This document shows, in pieces, positions 13,801 to 25,362 of a stretch of 64,000 nt of DNA. The stretch covers positions 5,951,531-6,015,530 of the forward strand of contig NW_003314262.1 of the NCBI RefSeq assembly GCF_000143415.4, read 5' to 3'. The first letter of the stretch is position 1. Each line of letters opens with the position of its first letter. Source of the DNA: Selaginella moellendorffii. Lineage: Eukaryota > Plantae > Lycopodiophyta. The position numbers and the translations under genes were made by a program. The notes below the pieces were generated by a model. It did not search any database. It had not been told where the DNA came from and saw only the letters and a program-made list of their open reading frames with translations.

Positions 13801-15884
13801 CACCAAAATATGTACCCACTTAGATCATTGTTTCATCTCTACATGTAACTAGTTGACTAGTTGTCCAATCTCATTGGATAGTATTCGCTAAGACATATTC
13901 TCTGATACCAAATATAGTGTACGTAATTTTCACCCTTTATCCTATAGTGATTTATTATATGATAACCACAAAGCGGAACCTATATGCTATGTGTTACGTG
14001 CCATATGTCCCAAGGACAGTAGTGCAAAACCCAAGTTTCAAAGCCTTGGGCCACTGAACGAAGAAACGGAGCCAAACTCCCAAACATGGAGCCAAGGAGT
14101 GAAGGAACTAGAGCTCGAAGCGACTCTTAAGTGTACAACCCAAAGAGCAAAGGGACAGGAGCATGGAGTGACTTGGAATAGTTCTAGAGCATCTAGCATC
14201 TCAATGCTAGGACCAGATCACAAAATGGAACCGAACTATTTCAACATACCGATGGCATAATGCAAGAATATGAGTACTCCACCAGCTAGCATGGTATGGA
14301 ACTTAGGCTTAAACCCAATCTGGATGCAGAACAAGAACAAGGGAGCTAGACTATGTGTTAGATTGGTTAACCATGCCCAACTTATCCCTACTATACATTT
14401 GGAACCCCCCATAGCCACCCCCGCCCCCACCTCCCCTCTTGAGGAACACATGCTTTGGGCTTAGCAACCTATAGTACCAAGAGTTAGTCTTTAAGACAAG
14501 CTCAAAATTTACTAAAATATGGAATATCTTTATATTGCAAATTGGGATATAGGACAAACATCATTGTGTTCAGGACAATCTCTACATTAGATATGCTAAA
14601 TGAGCAAATCTAGATACTTTCCATAAATTGCATTTGGGACCGAAATGAGACTAACACAAAAGGCATGATAGCAAAGATGTTTGGCAAACACAATAAGCTC
14701 TCATCCAGTAATATTAAGGGACTAATCTCAATATATGAGGGTTCTTGTCAAGCCAATGCAAGATAGAGCAAAAGAGAACTAAGAGTTGCTCAACAGAAAA
14801 CACATAGGAATTCCTATCTTATGTCCATTTGGCTAAGTACATGTGCTAAGCCTAATTTACTAACACTTGAACAAAAGGGGCTGATAAAGGGAACCAGCAA
14901 TACCGACCTCTTGCAATCATGGCAATAAGGAAAGAATATCCAAAAGGACTAGCCAACATGTAACTTTCGATACCTAAAGTCACATTTGAGACACTACCTA
15001 TCTAACATTCCTTGATTTAGGTTAAGGTTTCTTGTTTAATGTTTCATATGCTCAATGGCAATGACTTATTCCTTGCAAGATAAAGAATTTGTTTTCTCAC
15101 CCAATATAGAAAGCCATCCAAACACACTAGGAAGAAGTGCATAAGGAAGGAGTACAATTATGAAAGGGACATTCCTCCTCCTCAATCACTTTCTCACCCT
15201 CTTCCACCTCTGTCACCATTTTGTTCTTTTCCTCCTCCATCACCTTCTTGCCCTTTTCCTTTTTTTGACATTCTTCTCCTCACATTCTCAAAGTTCCCGT
15301 CTTCCATCACCTTCTCCTCATGGTTTTTGTTCTCTTCATGCTTTTTTATTTAGCATATCCTTGCCTTATTTACCCTCTTTGTTTGCATTGCTTGTTTTAC
15401 CTTCTTTATCAATCATTAGAGCATTTGAGGATGTTCCTCTTGAGTCAATGAATGAAGGAGATGTTGCAAAGACAAAGTATTGGTAGCATGAATAGAGGCC
15501 TTGCCACTAAGAAAGCTATGAATTCTACCATCGATGATTTGTTTCTTGTAGAGATGCTTTATGTTGGAATGGTAATGGAGAAGATCAAGATTTGTCATGA
15601 CCCATTTATTCCTCATTGCTGCATGTTGCTCAATGTGGTTGTGTGAGAAGTTTCTATTTTAGATGAGAAGATAGTTGATGTCTTTCATCTTGAGGGCTAT
15701 CTATATGAGAAGTGCAAGTTTATACTTTCTATCATGAACCAATTGCAAAAAACCACTTATGTCATAGAAGAGATTAAGGCCAAGTGGGACCAGTGCTGGG
15801 TGGACCAAAACAACGAGTTTGAAAGGGATCTAGATTAAAATCTAAATTAGAATTAATTCATAGATATTATATTTTTTATTGTCA

Positions 15885-16465
15885 CAAATGTGATTTTGGG
15901 TATCAAAAGATATTTGTCAGCCAATACTTACAAACACCCTCTCTTTACTACCATGATGGCAAGAGGTCAGTATTACTAGTTCTTTTTATAGTCTCCACCC
16001 AAGCTAGTTGAGAAACTAATCATTGCATATGCATTTAAATAGATGAGCATAAGATAGAATTCCTAAATGCTATTAGTCAAGCATATTTGATTTGGTTAGA
16101 GAAACTTATTTGTTGAATTGCATTTGCTAGTGTTATGACCCATGATATTGAGTCTAGTCCTTCAATATCATTACATGATAGCTTACCATGTCCACTAAAC
16201 ACCCTCGCTATCATGCTTTATATATTAGTCCCATTTTAGTTCCATATGCTATTTATAGCAAGTGTCTAAAATCACTTAAGAGGCATATCTATGGAATGTA
16301 GAGAGTGTTCTGAACCCTATGATGCTGTTTCTGCACCCTAAGTCGCAATCTAGTGCTATTCCATATTTAGCAAGTTTCACACTTATTTCAGAGACACTAA
16401 GGGTGCAAGCCCAAAATGTTGTTCAAGGGGTGTGGAGGGTTCCAAATGTATAGTAGGATAGTGGT
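15885..16465 (+). mobile_element. Partial family C LTR in the opposite orientation
   Basis: Reverse-complement similarity to 14380-14990 (aaatgtgattttgggtatcaaaag ... tccaaatgtatagtaggata). Confidence 0.7.
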
Positions 16466-17617
16466 TGGAACGTTGGAATGTACCCAAGGCTTGGGATTTA
16501 GAGGGTCCCATAATCAAGTCTTGTTATACAAAGGGATGTTAGGAACTTAGAGGCTTGGTGTGCTTGGCTGCTTGTGCATACGGGGAGTGGAGTCGAACCT
16601 TAAGTTCAGTCTAACCCGGGGAGGGGGATTGGGAGAGATTTGGGAATCTGTGGATGGATGGCTAACACTCTATTGCTCATGTAGTGAGTAGCTGAAACCA
16701 AGTAGAACCAAGTAGAAGCTAGTACAATAGGCAAGAACCTTGGCGAGGGAACTTAGCTAAAATCCAAGGTAGTGTTGGTCGGATAGATGAGGTAAGTTGG
16801 CAAATTGGAAAGGAAAAATTTGTGGCTTATAGAGGCATGTTGGACTATCAAGTTTTAGAAGATTGGGTTTACAGTATGGCTGATCATCTGAGACATTAAT
16901 TTGATACTGTCACTCATATTAATAATCATAATGCACTTCTGAACAAACATATTAGCATAGTGTATAAGGTCCCCACATTGTTTCAACTTCCATAGCTCCA
17001 TGCAAAGTTGCAAACTAAGATCTTCCAGTAAGTATTCCTTACAGATACAAGACCGCATCTTAATTCAACTTCTAGTCTACCCTTTTTCAGCACACACTTG
17101 GCACCACTAAGTTTTGGCATGATTGATAAGAAAGGACTGCATGTACACAACCTCCATACAATCATTTATGTCTACCACTATGAAATAAACACTTGCTTCG
17201 AGATGCCAGGGCAAAACACTGTGGCCTAACGACCCGGTATGGGTACCTCTACCATCCCACTTCCATCCCAAAGGGAAGGCCCAAGCCTCTAGGAAGGGTG
17301 AGGACCAATGAGCCACAAGGTACTCAAGTGGGGCACCACTCCACATGAGCCGGGAGCACCACAATCGGTTTCCCTTCCGAGAGTGGGAGCTGCTCTTGAG
17401 CACTTCCTTGGGTGGCCCCTCCAACACCACTTGAGTCCATGATCACTCCCACCCAAGGCCCCTCGGCCCCAATCTCAACCTCAAGTCAGTTTGGAAGCAC
17501 CACTGGAGAGTTCCTTCAAGACTGGTTCCTGGACCTCACTATCCCTACTATACTTTTGGAACCCCCTACACCCCCCTCAGGAGACACACGTTTTGGGCTT
17601 TCACCCCTCGACCTGTA

Positions 17618-19309
17618 TGTGAGACACAAAATCCCTAGGCCCCAAAGTGGAGCTGGAAGGGTGCCATGTGGTAGTGGCTGAAGCAAAAACTAAATGAGTG
17701 TAACACATTTGGACTAAAAGCTCCGACTTGAAAGGTCGAGAGCAGGAGTGGAACTCCCAATGAAGTGCTCAAGTAACAAGCATGAAGCAAGCAATAAGTG
17801 AGTCTCTAGAAAAGGGATATAAGAGGACCAACACATGACACATGGCAGAGTCTGAGATGGAGTCCGAGATGGACCCGAGAAGGACCCGAGATGGAGTCCA
17901 AGATGGACCCGAGATGGAGTTCAAGATGGAATCCGATATGGACCGAGATGGAGTCCGAGATGGAATCCAAGTTGGAGTCCAAGATGGAGTCCGAGATGGA
18001 CCCGAGATGGAGTCCAATATGGAGTCCGATATGGACCGAGATGGAGTCCGAGATGGACCTGAGATGGAATCCAAGATGGACCCGAGATGGAGTCCGAGAT
18101 GGAGTCCCATATGGACCGAGATGGAGTCCGAGATGGACCCGAGATGGAATCCGAGATGGAGTCCAAAGTCGAGACCAAGACCGAGACTGAGACCGAGACC
18201 GGGACCGAGACCGAGACCGAGACCGGGACCAAGACCAAGACAGAGGCCGAAGCCAAGACCGAGCCCAAGCCCAAGTCTGAGCCTAAGTCCGAGTCTGAGT
18301 CTGAGTTCGAGTCCGAGAGGGTGAAAGCCCAAAGCGTTCGTCTCCTAGACCCTGGGGGGGTTTGATGAGCTCCAAAAGTATAGTAGGGGGAGGACTGCAA
18401 TGGAGTCAGTTTGGCCAGGAAAGGCCAGTTTGGCCCAGGAAGGCTATACCCAGTGTTGGGTGATGAACTGACCATTGGGAAGTCCAAGACTAGAGTGAAC
18501 ACGGACCGACAAGCGAGGTAGCTTGGTGAAGTGTTCAAGAGCTGACTCTAGTTCTCTGGGAGATTGACTGGCCGATGCTCCCAATCCAAGTGTGGGTGGC
18601 ATTACCTACTTGGATACCAAGCGTGGCTCAACGGAACCTCGCTCTAAGCCCATGGCTAGAGCACCCAACGGTGGAAGGCAGGGAGAGTACCCAGGAGGCC
18701 TGCGTAGGGCCGCGGTGTTCTGAAATGTTGTCCCAAAGTCTCAAACTATGGAAAGGAAGAGGAGTAGCCCTCTAGTGCGGTGACCAAGTGCATAGTCACA
18801 TGGTGAGGAAGTTTTAGAGGACCATAAGACTTAGTGGTCGGGCCTATAGGCCTTGACCCAGTGGCAGTGTTGGCGAGCACGGCCATGAACAGAAAGGGAC
18901 ACAGTGAGGACTGGAAAGGAGATATTAGGGAAGGCTATTCCCCATATCTGCAGGCATCCTAAGGATGCTAAGGAGTGGATCTGGGATGACCACTCATGGA
19001 CAGAAGGCCCAGTCTTGGAGAGATGGGGTTGCAATGCAGGTGGTGTTGGACCACTGATGAGACCAAGGTGAATGGGCATGGCCTAGTGTAACGGGCTGGT
19101 ATGTTGGTGGTATCTTGGGTGTCAGTCATGGGATCAGACACGTGGAGCACTTGAACCAAGTGCAAAGGTTGAGTGGCGGGGATGCCATTCTCGGGGCTAG
19201 CAAGCCCAAGTCTGAAATAGGACTTATGGAGGTTGTGAGTGAGACTCCTCCAAGTGGTTGGAGGTGTGGTTAAGTGACTAAAGTAAAATAGAAAAATTAA
19301 TCGCTTACA
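17618..19309 (+). mobile_element. Solo LTR, family B, nested in the 3' LTR of family A copy 1
   Basis: TG...CA ends; TSD CTGTA/CTATA; empty site acctgta|tta seen at ~34341; same tandem arrays at 17847-18316. Confidence 0.9.
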
Positions 19310-20129
19310 CTATATTAGTATTCGGACTCAGTCTCGAACTCGATCTCAGACCCGACTTCAGACTTGATCTCGGACCCAACTTCAGACTCGGTCTTAGATT
19401 CAATCTCGGACTCAATCTTGGACCCGATCTCAGACTCAACTTCAGACTCGACTTCGGACTCGGTCTCAGACCCGATCTCAGATCTCGGACTCTATCTCGA
19501 ACTCGGTCTCGAACTCAGTCTCGAACTTGGTCTCAAAGTCGGGCTCGGACTCAATCCCAGACTCTATCTCGAATTTGATCTCAGATTCGGTCTTGGACTC
19601 AATCTCAGACTCGGTCCCATCCGATGAACTCTTTATCATTTCTGTCATGCTTTCAGAGATCCTTTACCCTATGACACCTCGGGGAGTTGGTTCCTTACAA
19701 CTCCACCACCCATAAAAGAAGTTTGATACCCACATCGAACATCTCTTTTTAATACTACAACTTGTTGCCCATGTCTCTGGGGGCATCCCCCCATTTAACG
19801 GTATGCCTAAGTTAGCCTCCTCGGCCAAGAGCCCATGACAACGGAATATAAGTGTCCCTATAGCCCTCACCTCACCACACCCTAGTATGGGGTCGAGAGT
19901 TGAACCCAGCCTTGCTTTACTAGGGGGTTGGGACTTGAACCCAACCTCCGTAGAATATGTCTACGGATTCAACATCCCTGTGGGGAGTCAGGTGTAGTTC
20001 CCTATGCCTGGTCGACCTAGCTAACCCATGCTAATTAGCTTACCTTCGGTGCGCCTTTAGGTCCCAATATATGCCATTGCTCAACTTCAAAATTTGATAC
20101 TTTAATTGAACTTTGCATAAGTACATAGA

Positions 20130-23100
20130 GTTCTACCTTGTAGAAATTCCTCCACTACATCTCGCGCATTCGCTAGGTTCTCCTCCGGTTCCCATGTTGC
20201 TTTGCAGTGTGGAAATCCTTTCCACTTCACATGGAACTCTCTCACCTTGTGTCCTTGTTGCTTGCTCTTGTGCGCATTGAGGATGGCCTCGACTTCGTAT
20301 TCCTCTTCCCCTTGGATAACCTCAGGTAAAGGTCTTACTCAGTCCTTGTGAGGTGGATCCTCAAAGTACGGCTTAAGTAAGTTCACGTGGAACACGGGGT
20401 GTATCTTCCCCATCTCTCGAGGAAGTGGGAGACAGTAAGCCACTTTACTGATTCGAGCCTCAATCTCATAAGGCCCCGCGAACCTGCTTAAGGAACTCAA
20501 GATCAATTCATTTACAAGAATACATGCATTTTTACCTTTGGGTCAACTTTCGACTGATCCCACTTGGTAGCCTAAGGTTCTTGGTGTTCAGCCACACCTT
20601 CTCCCCAGCTTGGAACTCTACATCCCGGCGCTTTTGGTTTGCGTACTTGGTTTGCCTTTGTTGAGCCCGTTCCAAGGAATCCCTCACTAGATTCCAAATG
20701 TTGAGTCTTTTCGCCGTGAATGCCTCCACTACAGGTAACTCTCCATGATACTTGACCACGCCGAGTTCTATAGAACCTTCAATAGCTCGCCCATTGATGA
20801 CTTCCCATGGACTCACCCCGATACTCGAGTGTGGTGAGTTGTTATAGCACATTTCTACAAGTCCCAAATGACTTACCTAATCGGTCTGGTCTCCCAAGAC
20901 ATAGCATTGCAAATAATCCTCCAACTGCCTATTCACCCTTTCCATTTGTCCGTCTGTCAAGAAGTGTTAATGCCATCGAACTTGATTTAATACCCAATAT
21001 TTGCCTGTGGGTGATAGGTTGTGCTGAATTTCAACTTGGTGCGATACTGTTCCAGGAGAGTTCTCTAGAACCTACTGGTGAAGATTTTATCTCGATCTGA
21101 GATGATCTCTTCTGGCCTTCCCCACACTCGAACCACTTGTTCGAAGAACAGCTTTGCCACACCTTCCACATCCACTTCCGTTGTGGTGGGTATGAAATGT
21201 CCCATCTTCGAAAATTGGTCCACCACCACGAATATTGCATCGAACACCTCACTTGGGGGGAGTCCCGTGATGAAGTCCATTGTAAGACATTTCCACAGCC
21301 GATCTGGAATTGGGATGCTTTGTAACAAGCCGCTACCACCCTTAGTCACGACTTTGACTTGCTGACATGTTGGACATGTCTTTACATAGTCTTGGACGTT
21401 CTTAGCTATATCTGGCTAGTGATACTTCCTTTTGAGTAAGCCCATTGTCTTGGGCACTCCACCGTGTCCCACAAGAGGTCCATCATGACACTCTTCTAAG
21501 GCTACCTTCCTGAGTTACCCTTCAGGAACATACACCCTTGTTTGTTTATAATAAATGAGTCTATTGCATTTGGCATAACCTATTTTCTCTTCTGTTGGCA
21601 GCTCACCTCTCTAGTGAGTTTCTTGCGCTTCTTGGTTCCTCAGCAACACTTCTTGTGCTAGACCATGATTCTTGTATGTTGTCCGCACATCGTCCCAAAA
21701 GGTTGCTGTCGCGCTAGATATCGCCAACTTCAAGCTTGCTTTTCGACTTAGAGCATTTGCCATGATGTTGCTCTTCCTAGGTTTATATAGAATTTCGCAA
21801 TCAAACTCAGCCAAAGCATTAGCCTACCGACCTTGTTTTCCTCTTAGGTCAGGCTGTGACAAGAAGTGTTTCGTTGCCACATTATCCGTGTAAACTTTGA
21901 AGTGCCTCCCAAGGTAGTGTCACCACTCCTTGAGCACCTTGACCACCGCAAATAATTCTTTCTTGTGGGCAAGCCACTTTCGCTAAGCCTTGTCCAACTT
22001 CTTCGAGAAGAATGCCACTAGATGGTTGTCTTGCTTCAAAACTACGCCCAACGCAAAGTCTGAAGCATTTTTTTCTACCTCAAAGTCCTTACCAAAGTTA
22101 GGTAATGCTAACACAGGTGTTTTCCTCAACTTTCCTTTGAGGTGGACAAATGTCACCTCGCATTCCACTATCCATACCATCTTCCCTTTACCCGTTTGGT
22201 CCGTTAAGGGCAGAGCTAGTAGTTGCATAGCCCCAAGAACGCCCTCAACTCATGTACATTCGATGGTCACTCCCATTTCTGGATCGCTTGGACCTTCTTA
22301 GGGTCCACCTTGAGCCCGTCCTAGCCCACCACATGCCCGAGAAACTTTACCTCTTGTTAAGCAAAGTCGCATTAGCTCTCTTTAGCATATAGTTTGTTTT
22401 CCCTTAGTTTCTCAAACACCTTCGTGAAGTGTTCGGCATGTTCCTTTAGCATCTCGCTATAAATCAGGATGTCGTCAATATAGACGACCACAAAGTGATC
22501 CAAATAGGGTACAAAGATATGGTTCATCAGCGTCGAAAACGTTGCCAGCACATTGCACAGCCCAAAGGGCATCACCAGAAACTCAAAACTCCCATACCTT
22601 GTTCAACATGTTGTCTTCTTGACATCTTCTTTTGCTACCCTGATCTGGTAATATCCTGACCTTAAGTCAATCCTCAAGAAGTATTTTGCCTTTCCTAACC
22701 TATCAAACAGGTCCTCAATCCTTGGCAAAGGGTACTTGTTCTTCTTGGTATACTTGTTGAGCAACCGGTAGTCTATGCATATGCGCATAGATCCATCTTT
22801 CTTTTTCATAAATAACACCGGCGCCCCATACAACGACTTGCTCAACCTAACATACCTTTTGTCCACCAACTCTTTTAATTGGTGATTGAGCTCCTTGAGT
22901 TCCTTTTCGTTCAAACGATAGGGGGGACAAACCACTACCTTAGCACCCTCGACCAGCTCAATTTTGTGTTCTATCGGTCATGCGGGGGGCAACCCCGCCG
23001 GTAGCTCCTCTGGCATGGTATCCTGGAATTGGTCCAACACCCATTGGATCACTAAAGGTACTTCTTCTGTTCCTGTCTTTTTGTCACTCTTCACCAAGAG

Positions 23101-23584
23101 TAAGCACAAAAATGCTTCCTTGGTTCCTTTAGTGAGTTGTCCTCTCGTGGACACCAAGTTTAAGTAAGAGTTTGGCCTTACATTGCCCTACCTTTAGATC
23201 TTGGGCCTCCACCTCTCCCCGGGCATTCGCTAGTACCACAAGGTTCCTCCCTTGTCCATGCAGGTCTATTACGAACCGATTGAACCAATCCATCTCAAAG
23301 ATTACGTCAAATCCCGCCATGTCCAACACAGTGAAATCCATGTCTACTTTCCATGTCCCTACTTCGACTCTCGCTTGTCGAAATATCTCATCGGTGCTTT
23401 GGCTACCTTGAACAAACTCTATCATCCTTGGTTCACCCAGCCGCTGCACCATTAGTCCGGCTTGCCGAATTATGTCTACAGCCACAAAATTATCCAAAGC
23501 ACCCATGTCAATAAGGATCTTAACAAAGATACCTTCGAGCTTCCCTCGGAGGGCTAGTAGATGTCGCGAATGATTCTTTACCAA
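20130..23584 (-). pseudogene. pol: Gypsy pol: aspartic protease, RT, RNase H, integrase and chromodomain (stops and frameshifts)
   Basis: LIDMGALDNF (PR); [27 protein letters not shown] (RT); ASDFALGVVL (RH); MDFITGLP, SDRD (INT); [18 protein letters not shown]; EYEVEAIL..FHVKWKGFPHCKATWEPEENL (chromodomain, ~20140-20315). Confidence 0.95.
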
Positions 23585-25362
23585 AGTTTCTTATGTAATA
23601 AGTAACTTTGAGCTAGGGACTGGATCACATACCTCAATTTAGATTTCACCTGACTTAATGGCTATATTGGCTCTGGCCTTCTTTGGGTAGGGACATTCCC
23701 TCAAAAAGTGTCCTGCTTCATCGCAGTTGTAACATATATTGTTTTCCACGCTACTAACAGACTTGACCTTCGTATCTGTGGGTTGTCTCTTTTTTCTTGA
23801 CTCCCCCACATACTTGCTCGCTAGCCACCGGATTTGCCTTTCTAGAACCCCGAGTACTCATTCTTAGAGAAACTCCTCTTGAATTTCCCTTTGCTATATG
23901 TTCCCCCTGATTTGGCCCCTTTGTGTAAGCAACCAAAGGGAACGACTCGAGAGACGATCCGTTGGGGTTCAAATATAGAGGGAAAGGGTCCATGAACAAG
24001 AGTGCACCCCCTTTTCCAATCGGTTAAGGGTCTTGGGATATTTGGGGTTAAGCGTCCTTGGGTTTGAATAGTACTGGGCTGGGTGACCTCCCGGGAAGTC
24101 CAAACTCAGGAGCTTACATTTGGTATCAGAGCGGTCTCGGGTCCGACTCTGTTGGTTGGCTAAAGGAATCACACCACATATTGATTGACATCTGGCTAGT
24201 CCAGTTTGTTCCCGCTGGGCTCGACCCGAGGGGTAGGGTGTCAAGAGAGCGGGGCTCTCGGGAGAGCTGCGGCTCTCAGCTTCCGTTCACGAGGGCGTGA
24301 ACTTGCAGGGAAGCGTGGTGGATTGTAAGCAACCAAAGGGAACGACTCGAGAGATGATCCGTTGGGGTTCAAATATAGAGGGAAAGGGCCCATGAACAAG
24401 AGTGCACCCCCTTTTCCAATCGGTTAAGGGTCTTGGGATATTTGGGGTTAAGCGTCCTTGGGTTTGAATAGTACTGGGCTGGGTGACCTCCCGGGAAGTC
24501 CAAACTCAGGAGCTTACACTTTGCTAAATGTGGACCCCGACTTCGTCATGTTCCCCTTTCGCAAATTATCATTGAAATGCACCTTGATAGCCACATCCAA
24601 TGCTTCCTTGTAGTTGGTTGGGTTCCAACGCATCACCTCACCGCAAGCCTAGTTTTGCAAGCCTGATATGAAGGCATGGAACGCATCCATATCACCCATA
24701 TTTGTGACAAGTATCCTCTTTGCCATAAACCCATTCACATACTCTTGAATGGTTCCAGTCTGCTTCAGCTTACTCAACTCATCCCTTAGATGCAAAGTAG
24801 TATTCGGAGGAACATAAGTCGCGTGGATCCTCGCCTTCATCATTTCCCAAGTGGCCATCGGTCCTTCGTTGGCCTCTGTCGTTCTCCACCAAGACTTGGC
24901 ATTATCTGCGAAGTATGGTTTTGCACATGGGACCTTCTCTGAGCTCAGTAACCGCAACGCTCGGAAGTAGTCCACCATATCGTAAAACCAATCCTCCACC
25001 ACCTTATAGTCATTCACTCTCTTGAAGACCGGTGGGGGCTTTGGTTTGTACTTGGGAACTGCCTGAGGGACTGATTCCATTTCGGTCTGTTTGACCTTGT
25101 TTGGTTCTACCTCAATCCCTGCCAAAGGGTCTGCACCTTCTCCACTGCCAGCATCTGCAGTCTTTCGCCTTTTCTTCTGCTTCTCGTCACACTTTAGCTT
25201 CCGTATGTGAGTCTCCAGCAGGGCATTGGTCTGTGCCAATTGTCCTTCTAGGAAGTCCAATTGAGCCTTGGACGACCGAACCTCACCACCGGACCAACTA
25301 CAAGGAAAATTCATGTTTGGAGGTTTCCTCACTAGAGTCCTCCTCATACAAGGATTCTTCAT
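23585..25362 (-). pseudogene. gag: Gypsy gag, interrupted by a Cassandra TRIM
   Basis: AKSWWR..TWEMMK..LKQTGTIQEYVNGF..FISGL (retrotransposon gag); CCHC knuckle CYNCDEAGHFLREC at ~23695-23735. Confidence 0.92.
23924..24518 (+). mobile_element. Complete Cassandra TRIM with a 5S rRNA-derived segment in each LTR
   Basis: 195-bp LTRs 23924-24118 and 24324-24518 (2 differences seen); PBS TGGTATCAGAGC at 24121; perfect TSD CTTTG. Each LTR contains GTTAAGCGTCCTTGGGTTTGAATAGTACTGGGCTGGGTGACCTCCCGGGAAGTCC, matching the box A/IE/box C region of plant 5S rRNA. Confidence 0.95.

Larger units (their letters stand above)
5118..14992 (-). mobile_element. Tandem LTR-internal-LTR-internal-LTR array of a non-autonomous (LARD-like) LTR retroelement, family C
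   Basis: Three related ~0.9-1.2 kb LTR-like copies (~5118-6015, ~10173-11370, ~13913-14992). tRNA-iMet PBS on the minus strand next to copies 2 and 3 (tctgatatca ~10161, tctgatacca ~13901). Internal 7050-8399 is homologous to 12690-13870. No recognisable gag/pol. Confidence 0.65.

Noticed and set aside
15100-15860. Short ORFs in a CT-rich stretch
   Set aside because: No family motif; probably decayed transposon sequence.
23590-23635. Third intron between gag and protease (GAG|gtatgt)
   Set aside because: Gag and protease are already in one frame; the TAA codons are explainable as CAA>TAA decay.
24047-24101. 5S rRNA gene
   Set aside because: Only the internal ~55 nt matches, and it lies within TG...CA LTRs with a PBS and TSD, so it is Cassandra.
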